A program made the translations under genes and the position numbers. Below are positions 18,526-23,866 of a stretch of 64,000 nucleotides of DNA, piece by piece. The stretch covers positions 621 through 64,620 of the forward strand of contig JAJZNX010000025.1 of assembly GCA_021852275.1 (NCBI GenBank), given 5' to 3'. The stretch comes from Planctomycetota bacterium. Lineage in GTDB: Bacteria; Planctomycetota; Phycisphaerae; WQYP01. Numbering within the stretch: position 1 is the first letter of the stretch; each line of letters begins with the position of its first letter. Below the pieces are notes generated by a model. That model was given only the letters and a program-made list of their open reading frames with translations, had not been told where the DNA came from and did no database searches.

Positions 18526-18804
18526 TTACTTCATGGCGTGTTTGGCCCTCCGGAAGATAAAGAACACTGTCCAGATCGCGGCCCCGATACCGATGATCGG
18601 GAGCAAGGCCGGGTAAATGTAGGTGGTCAGTGACCCAACAATGTTATCAGGCGAGACCGATGAGGAAAGTGTAGGACCGTAGTCTACCTGTGCCCATGTA
18701 ATGCCATGGAAAAACAACGTGCCAACCAGGGCAACTGCTGCGAACAGAAAAGTCCGTGTTCGTCGGAAGAGGCTTGAAGCCATCGAAATTAGAGAAGAAA
18801 ACAT
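18526..18804 (-). CDS. major coat protein candidate (pVIII-like)
   Basis: 92 aa. Signal peptide ending ITWA/QVDY, then an acidic/polar N-terminus. One TM helix (ALLPIIGIGAAIWTVFFIF) and a basic C-terminus (RRAKHAMK). This is the classic inovirus coat architecture. Confidence 0.7.
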   Translation of the reverse strand: MFSSLISMASSLFRRTRTFLFAAVALVGTLFFHGITWAQVDYGPTLSSSVSPDNIVGSLTTYIYPALLPIIGIGAAIWTVFFIFRRAKHAMK

Positions 18805-18818
18805 AAAAGAATCCTTTC

Positions 18819-18835
18819 TATCGGCCCCGGCCCGG
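18819..18835. repeat. right arm of the 17-bp perfect inverted repeat bracketing the major-coat gene
   Basis: TATCGGCCCCGGCCCGG lies 15 nt upstream of the coat ATG. Its partner is at 18485-18501. Confidence 0.9.
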
Positions 18836-18842
18836 AGACCGA

Positions 18843-19025
18843 TTAAGTATCACTTTCATTGTCAGAACCATACCGATCGTCAATGATAAAATGTTGGTCT
18901 TTGTTTGAATTATCAGCAGCTTCGTTATTGTCAGAAAACAGAACGTGTACAATCTCGATGATCCAAGTAATCACTGCAATGCAGATACTTAGCCACCACA
19001 TGCTGATGTTGTAAATGATTCTCAT
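18843..19025 (-). CDS. small single-TM protein (minor coat-like)
   Basis: 60 aa, MRIIYNISMWWLSICIAVITWIIEIV..., with an acidic tail. The ATG overlaps the stop of the upstream ORF (ATGA at 19022-19025). It is hidden in the track inside a longer 136-aa ORF. Confidence 0.4.
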   Translation of the reverse strand: MRIIYNISMWWLSICIAVITWIIEIVHVLFSDNNEAADNSNKDQHFIIDDRYGSDNESDT

Positions 19026-19216
19026 TTTAAGACTTCCCAACATCTTCGGATGATCCAAGGTCCAAAAAATAGGCCGGCTGCACAACCACAGAGAACAAGA
19101 GCACCAGGTGCCAACCAACTCCAAACTGATTCGCCAATTTGTATTGCCGTGACTACAGGCTCCGGTCCGTATGAAGAAGCGGCTGCAATCTGTGCCAAAA
19201 TCATGTTTACTTCCAA
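19022..19216 (-). CDS. small single-TM protein (coat-like: hydrophobic core, basic C-terminus)
   Basis: 64 aa. The TM segment is APGALVLCGCAAGLFFGPWII, followed by RRCWEVLK. Confidence 0.45.
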   Translation of the reverse strand: MEVNMILAQIAAASSYGPEPVVTAIQIGESVWSWLAPGALVLCGCAAGLFFGPWIIRRCWEVLK

Positions 19217-19500
19217 TCCAATAAATCAACAGCTTGGCGCCAGATCCAGCCAAAACTCATGCTTGTTGACCAGATCAATAAACCGGCTCCCATACCATCC
19301 ATGAATCCGTTAAGGCTAAGATTGGGCTCGTTAGGTTGTGTCCAAATAGGATAGCCAGAATCAGGGTTAGGAGGCGTCATCTGGTAAACCGTGACATCGC
19401 CTGCGGAACTTTGTCCAGGTTGTAATTGACCCAAAACAAGGCTTTGTGTTGCCCAAATAGCCCAGGCAGCGAAAAAAAGATAAATGATGGCCAGTTTCAT
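19207..19500 (-). CDS. small secreted/membrane protein
   Basis: An internal ATG at 19500 gives MKLAIIYLFFAAWAIWA, a signal peptide. 97 aa with a C-terminal hydrophobic segment. Confidence 0.45.
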   Translation of the reverse strand: MKLAIIYLFFAAWAIWATQSLVLGQLQPGQSSAGDVTVYQMTPPNPDSGYPIWTQPNEPNLSLNGFMDGMGAGLLIWSTSMSFGWIWRQAVDLLDWK

Positions 19501-19517
19501 AGAAAATATTCCCCGGG

Positions 19518-19925
19518 TCAGGCTGGAGACTCCCTGTAGGCCAAGGTCCATTCAATAACACGCTCAAGCCATATCGGTATGTTTGGTGGGGGGTTTGGCG
19601 GTTTTGTGTTATTAATCAAGTAAAGCTTTTTAACTCCCGAATTATCGCCGGCGGCGGCTTCGCTAATCGCCGCCGGCATCTGTTCGGGATACCCAGAAAG
19701 TGATACTGAATTAACAACACCAAAAACCGACCGGAAACACCCGAGAAAATATTGCCAGGTTGTAGCGTCTATGGTGACCGCAATCCATCCTTTAGAACCA
19801 GCAGGTACTAAATCTAGTCCTAGATGTCGAAGCGTATCAAGCAGCTGATTGAAATTGATTTTTAGATTGCCAAACCATCGTCCGTAGACCCTGTACGTGC
19901 TTCTATTGCTGGCCTTGTCTATCAT
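19518..19925 (-). CDS. C-terminal portion of the replication initiator (separate ORF only because of a frameshift at the G10 tract)
   Basis: This reading frame is open upstream of its ATG as far as 20030. It joins the Rep frame if the G run at 19974-19983 is one nt shorter. Confidence 0.5.
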   Translation of the reverse strand: MIDKASNRSTYRVYGRWFGNLKINFNQLLDTLRHLGLDLVPAGSKGWIAVTIDATTWQYFLGCFRSVFGVVNSVSLSGYPEQMPAAISEAAAGDNSGVKKLYLINNTKPPNPPPNIPIWLERVIEWTLAYRESPA

Positions 19926-20523
19926 TTGACCAATGCTGGTATAAACAGGGATAGGGATCGGCCCATTTGGCCGCCCCCCCCCCTGACCGAACTGGTGACC
20001 TCCAGAAACCAGGTGAGGCGTGAATGATCTTCACCGACCCTGCCCTGTATGTGTATAAAAATGGTGGTACACCATCAGTTTTTGAAAAGTATTTACAGAA
20101 ATAGCGGAGTTCAAATTCACCGGCCCGCCTGATCCAGACAAAGCCCCAGCCCCAGCATTTATCGAGCAGGTCATGTTCGATTCTGTCCAGGCCGATTATT
20201 AAAATGTGCCAATGAAGCCAGCCTCCAGATTGAAACTCTGTTTTAGCAATCCATAGTCCGGTTAGCGAAGTGCCGAGGCGCTCACTTAATCTGGTAATGA
20301 ACCGTCTTAGGTGACGTTCAGCAGAGGCTTTGTAGTAAAGGTCATCTGGGGATTGGAACTCTTCACGTCGATAGGTCAGTTCGATTTTAAGAACACGTTC
20401 ACCCTTACAACGAGTAATAAGTTTCTCGGCTAATTGCCAGGCTTTCACCGGCCCGTAAGTAGCGTCAAGCCAGGAACGTGCCTGACCAGGTTTAATCTCT
20501 ACGTCTGTTGCGTTGTTATCCAT
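19903..20523 (-). CDS. rolling-circle replication initiator, HUH endonuclease (phage gene II-like), N-terminal portion
   Basis: HUH motif GGWLHWHILIIG, and a downstream Tyr motif, ELRYFCKYFSK. The ORF ends 21 codons after the G10 tract. Confidence 0.7.
   Translation of the reverse strand: MDNNATDVEIKPGQARSWLDATYGPVKAWQLAEKLITRCKGERVLKIELTYRREEFQSPDDLYYKASAERHLRRFITRLSERLGTSLTGLWIAKTEFQSGGWLHWHILIIGLDRIEHDLLDKCWGWGFVWIRRAGEFELRYFCKYFSKTDGVPPFLYTYRAGSVKIIHASPGFWRSPVRSGGGAAKWADPYPCLYQHWSNDRQGQQ
19974..19983. repeat. homopolymer C10 (G10 on the coding strand) inside rep
   Basis: Counted directly: ccg + 10 c + tga. Confidence 0.95.
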
Positions 20524-20582
20524 TTAATCGTCTCCAAGTTATTTCAAAGTCTGGAGCTCTCTCTCCGCTCCCCAGGCTAGTC

Positions 20583-20846
20583 TTACTTGGAGACAATTCT
20601 TTTTGCGTTCGTGAGCATGAACTTCCAAGAATTATTAAACTGCTCGAAATTGCCTGTGCACTCATACTGTGCACCGACCTGACAGGAATCTGCCAGCTTC
20701 TGGTCCCTGGTAGCCAACTCGAATGTCCCGCCCATGCATGAGAATTTGACCAGGTGCTGGAAGACCCGGCCATCTTTGGTTTTCAGGTCACGGACTTCTG
20801 AACAGACACCAACCAACTGAAACGAGGGAATCGGAGCAAAATCCAT
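20583..20846 (-). CDS. small protein, candidate ssDNA-binding protein (gene V-like by size and position)
   Basis: 87 aa, the same length as f1 gVp. Good RBS (GAAAGGA), immediately upstream of rep. No sequence motif was verified. Confidence 0.4.
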   Translation of the reverse strand: MDFAPIPSFQLVGVCSEVRDLKTKDGRVFQHLVKFSCMGGTFELATRDQKLADSCQVGAQYECTGNFEQFNNSWKFMLTNAKRIVSK

Positions 20847-20858
20847 AAATGGATCCTT

Positions 20859-21578
20859 TCATAAAACGCATAACTGATGCGCGTCAGGACAAACCAAACT
20901 GGCTGGTCGAGCCATGCCGTGAAGGAGGAACACGGCATGGTTGCGACGAGTCAGGTAGGACAACTGACCGGTCACAGGCGTAGGAGCTTTATTTTGGAAG
21001 TAGCGGCAAATACCAGACTGTAACAGGCTGTATTGGGTGGCAGTTTTCTGGAATGAGTTGACTTGGTGCCTTAATTTTCGAGAGTTTGTTCTTGTGTTCT
21101 TCGAATAAGAAGAGCCAGACAAGTTCATCGGCTGGAGCAGCAGCGAGGATTGATGCTGTAATAGAAGAGCAATTACTTGGCAGATAAGGGCACCCGTTGT
21201 TGGTGATTGCCAGTACGTGTCCATTGATAACGTCAATTGGTTGAAATTTTGGATCCATAAAATACTCCTGATAAAAAGAGATTGGCCGGTTAAGAAAGAT
21301 CGGAGATTGCGTGGACTGGTTAATGGGTTAAGCCACCTTAAAGGAAAGATTTCAGGTCCCGGGTAACCCGGAATGAATCTCATATCTTTAAGTGAACGAA
21401 ACCAGTCTGAATGTATCCAACGAATTGCGGCATTGTGCCGGCGGACATCATAGTTATGCAGTCTGATGATTGTAATAACGTTAAGCCAGATGACCCAGAT
21501 GAAAAAAGTAATCAGGAAAGGCCATCGTACTGACTTGTAGACACGATCAATTATGTTTTCAAAACGCTTAAAGTCCAT
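20859..21578 (-). CDS. hypothetical membrane protein (first gene of the prophage; true 3' end uncertain)
   Basis: ATG at 21578 with AGGTG upstream. The N-terminal roughly 100 aa contain a clear TM segment (WPFLITFFIWVIWLNVITII). The distal part is S/L/Q-rich, overlaps the 89-aa ORF and includes the hairpin. Confidence 0.35.
   Translation of the reverse strand: MDFKRFENIIDRVYKSVRWPFLITFFIWVIWLNVITIIRLHNYDVRRHNAAIRWIHSDWFRSLKDMRFIPGYPGPEIFPLRWLNPLTSPRNLRSFLTGQSLFIRSILWIQNFNQLTLSMDTYWQSPTTGALICQVIALLLQHQSSLLLQPMNLSGSSYSKNTRTNSRKLRHQVNSFQKTATQYSLLQSGICRYFQNKAPTPVTGQLSYLTRRNHAVFLLHGMARPASLVCPDAHQLCVL
20912..20940. repeat. perfect 10-bp stem / 9-nt loop hairpin CCATGCCGTG-AAGGAGGAA-CACGGCATGG
   Basis: Read directly. 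It lies 66 nt upstream of the SSB-like gene start, in the segment between the 89-aa ORF and that gene. Confidence 0.9.
20989..21258 (-). CDS. hypothetical protein
   Basis: 89 aa. The ATG at 21258 is preceded by AGGAG with a 6-nt spacer. It overlaps the 239-aa ORF in a different frame. Confidence 0.4.
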   Translation of the reverse strand: MDPKFQPIDVINGHVLAITNNGCPYLPSNCSSITASILAAAPADELVWLFLFEEHKNKLSKIKAPSQLIPENCHPIQPVTVWYLPLLPK

Positions 21579-21659
21579 GCTGGCACCTGTTAGGTAATAG
21601 TTTGCAGTCTGTTTGGGCAGTCCTGTAATAACAGTTTATTCTGTAAATTTTAGAGGTGG

Positions 21660-21690
21660 TCAATTTAACATAACGTATATTATAGGACGT
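21660..21690. repeat. attR: right copy of the 21-bp repeat plus the complete 28-bp dif-like site (21663-21690)
   Basis: ATTTAACATAA-CGTATA-TTATAGGACGT. The reverse complement ACGTCCTATAA-TATACG-TTATGTTAAAT aligns with E. coli dif GGTGCGCATAA-TGTATA-TTATGTTAAAT. The XerD arm matches 11/11, and the ATAA end of the XerC arm is conserved. Confidence 0.75.
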
Positions 21691-21776
21691 TGTATAAATT
21701 ATAAAAAAGCTGGTGACGCCCGGTTTTATAGGAAAATTGCGTCAAGAGCCGTCTCCGCATATTCTTTATTCAAGTC

Positions 21777-21850
21777 GCGCTCGTAGCTCAGTTGGATAGA
21801 GCGGCGGTTTCCTAAACCGCAGGTCGCAGGTTCGATCCCTGTCGGGCGCA
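21777..21850 (+). tRNA. tRNA-Arg (anticodon CCT)
   Basis: 74 nt, folded by hand as a cloverleaf. Acceptor GCGCTCG/CGGGCGC, anticodon loop TTCCTAA, T-loop TTCGATC. Confidence 0.9.
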
Positions 21851-21864
21851 TCAGACCGGCCAGT

Positions 21865-22290
21865 TCATCCGATCATGGCGGTAGCTTCAATTTCAATCAT
21901 TGCCGCCTCATCAATGAGGTTGCTCACTTCCACCGTGACTGTGGCAGGCCGGATTTCTCCGAACATTTCTCCATGCACTGTGGCCACCTTCTCCCAATCC
22001 TTGATATGCCGCAGGTACATGCGAGTACTGACGACATCCGCTACTGAAGCTCCCAGCACCTCGAGGGCACTTTGAATAATGGCCAGCGATCTGCGGGTTT
22101 GCTGGGCTACATCCGGGGAGTATGTTTTATCTGGGTTGATGCCCACGCATCCACTGACAAATATCAGATTTCCCTTTTTCACTGCCCGACTGTAGCCGAT
22201 TTTTGGCTCCCACGCACTGCCGGAACTAACGGTTAATTTTCCAGCACGTTCTACCAGGGTAAATGGTGATTTTTGATGGTTATGAGCCAT
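21865..22290 (-). CDS. ridA: RidA/YjgF/TdcF family reactive-intermediate deaminase
   Basis: 141 aa. The pattern YSRAVKKGNLIFVSG ... ADVVSTRMYL ... RPATVTVEVSNL...IEIEATA is typical of the family. Confidence 0.8.
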   Translation of the reverse strand: MAHNHQKSPFTLVERAGKLTVSSGSAWEPKIGYSRAVKKGNLIFVSGCVGINPDKTYSPDVAQQTRRSLAIIQSALEVLGASVADVVSTRMYLRHIKDWEKVATVHGEMFGEIRPATVTVEVSNLIDEAAMIEIEATAMIG

Positions 22291-22634
22291 GTTAAAATCC
22301 TTTGTCTTGGGTCCAGGTTACAAAGTAATTTTGGTACTAAGGAACCGGGCAAAAATAACTTCGCACTTTTCGGCTGGCCCTTTTGGCCTCCAGCTTCGTT
22401 GTTCGCTCGTTTCAGACCCACTGCCGGGGTATGCACCTCACTCACGCCTCGCTGGCGGCCAAAATTTCTGCGCCGTAAAACACGAATTTATTTTTGCGCG
22501 GTTCCTAATCGTATCAATTATCCAGAAAATTGCATCAATATACACGCATCGAAGAAGTCCTGCACACTCCATATCAGCGCATGTCCGGTCGCCTGGTCGC
22601 TTGGGTTGCGGTGGAGAGCGACTATAATAGGCAT

Positions 22635-23033
22635 ATGGCATTAAAACCTGACGATACGGTATGTTTTTGTTTTCATGTTCCATTACGGAAGATAGAAACA
22701 TTTTGCCGCGTGGAAAAGCCGCGGTCGCCGTCGCAGATTTCCGATTGTCTCTCCGCCGGGACTGGCTGTGGCTGGTGTGTTCCGATGCTTAAGCAGATTC
22801 ACAGCCGCATTTGCGGGCCGCAGAAACCATGGTGGCAGCAACATCATCAAGAAGATCAACAAGATAAGACTTCAATTAAAAATGACCCTAAAAATTATAA
22901 AATAAAAAAGGACATAAGTTTCAACTTGACGGCAGATGAATATGCCGCCGGACGAAGACAATATATCGCCGAAGGCAAAGGCCACCCTCCATCAGAGAAC
23001 AAGACCGAAGCCCCCCACCGCGACACCCCGTAA
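22635..23033 (+). CDS. BFD-like [2Fe-2S]-binding domain protein
   Basis: ATG at 22635. The pattern CFCFHVPLRKI...CLSAGTGCGWCVPML matches the four-Cys BFD-like ferredoxin pattern. The C-terminal tail is Lys/Gln-rich and low-complexity. Confidence 0.6.
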   Translation: MALKPDDTVCFCFHVPLRKIETFCRVEKPRSPSQISDCLSAGTGCGWCVPMLKQIHSRICGPQKPWWQQHHQEDQQDKTSIKNDPKNYKIKKDISFNLTADEYAAGRRQYIAEGKGHPPSENKTEAPHRDTP

Positions 23034-23122
23034 GTGATTCCCTTGCGAATTGTGGCGTTTTTTATCAACGATTATCATTCGCAACTGGTGTGGCAGAAGA
23101 TTTGGAAGACCTGGAGATAAAA

Positions 23123-23866
23123 ATGATCGATGTGGTGATGTTGCCGGAAATGTTGGATACCAAAATACTGCCTGAATCGCAAGTGGTGGTATTGGATGTA
23201 CTGCGAGCGACATCCAGTGTGGTTACGGCCTTGGCTCATGGGGCTACAGAAGTACGGTTGTATGGAACAGTGGAAGAGGTATCCGCAGCCGCGGGTACCG
23301 CCCCACCGCCGGTGATAACGGCAGGTGAGCGTGGTTGCCTGAAAGTGCCCGGGTTTGACCTGGGCAATTCGCCGGGGGAATTTCAAACTGAGCGTATCGG
23401 CGGAGCTACGGTACTGATAAGCACGACGAATGGAACGCGTGCCGCGATTGCGGCGCGGGAATCGCAGAAACTTTTTCTAGCAAGCCTGCTGAATGCATCA
23501 GTCACGGCGCAAGCCCTGATGGGAGAGATAGACAATTGGCATACGATTTTTGTTGCCGCGGGCACAAATGGCCGCATTGCCCATGAAGATATTATTGGTG
23601 CCGGGGCGATTCTCTGGAGCCTTTTAGGCGGCAGTTATCGCGTGGATCTTCCGTTTACGGATACTGCGTGGCTGGCGTACAACGCCTATTCCGCCACGCG
23701 AGGCCATCTGGGAGCGGCTTTACGGCTGGGACAGGGCGGAATTAACCTGATTGAAAATGGCTTTGAGGAGGATATAGATTATTGTGCAGCCATTGACAGC
23801 AAGGCTGTGATTGTTGAGGTGGAGAAAACTACCCTGGCGGCCAAAATATTCAACCAAGCAACGTGA
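23123..23866 (+). CDS. comB: 2-phosphosulfolactate phosphatase family protein
   Basis: VVVLDVLRATSSVVTAL, AGERGCLKVPGFDLGNSP and ISTTNGTRAI match ComB-family motifs. The start could also be at 23090. Confidence 0.75.
   Translation: MIDVVMLPEMLDTKILPESQVVVLDVLRATSSVVTALAHGATEVRLYGTVEEVSAAAGTAPPPVITAGERGCLKVPGFDLGNSPGEFQTERIGGATVLISTTNGTRAAIAARESQKLFLASLLNASVTAQALMGEIDNWHTIFVAAGTNGRIAHEDIIGAGAILWSLLGGSYRVDLPFTDTAWLAYNAYSATRGHLGAALRLGQGGINLIENGFEEDIDYCAAIDSKAVIVEVEKTTLAAKIFNQAT

Larger units (their letters stand above)
11481..21690 (-). mobile_element. integrated filamentous-phage (inovirus-like) prophage, about 10.2 kb, no integrase, flanked by dif-like sites
   Basis: AT-richer than its flanks. 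All ORFs are on the minus strand, tightly packed, with ATGA/TGATG start-stop overlaps. Gene set: SSB-sized ORF, HUH Rep, small coat-like TM proteins, pIII-like, pVI-like, Zot/pI, secretin. A 21-bp perfect direct repeat sits at both ends. Confidence 0.8.

Noticed and set aside
21691-21850. tRNA-Arg as the integration target of the prophage (tRNA-linked island with a tyrosine integrase).
   Set aside because: The direct repeat does not overlap the tRNA; it ends 96 nt upstream. The element contains no integrase ORF, and the repeat itself matches a dif-like XerC/D site.
22291-22634. A roughly 340-nt gene-free gap upstream of the BFD-like ferredoxin gene, examined for a riboswitch or sRNA.
   Set aside because: I could not identify a conserved riboswitch core or a convincing terminator/antiterminator pair by eye. 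The ORFs in the track here (123, 112 and 87 aa) look like noise.
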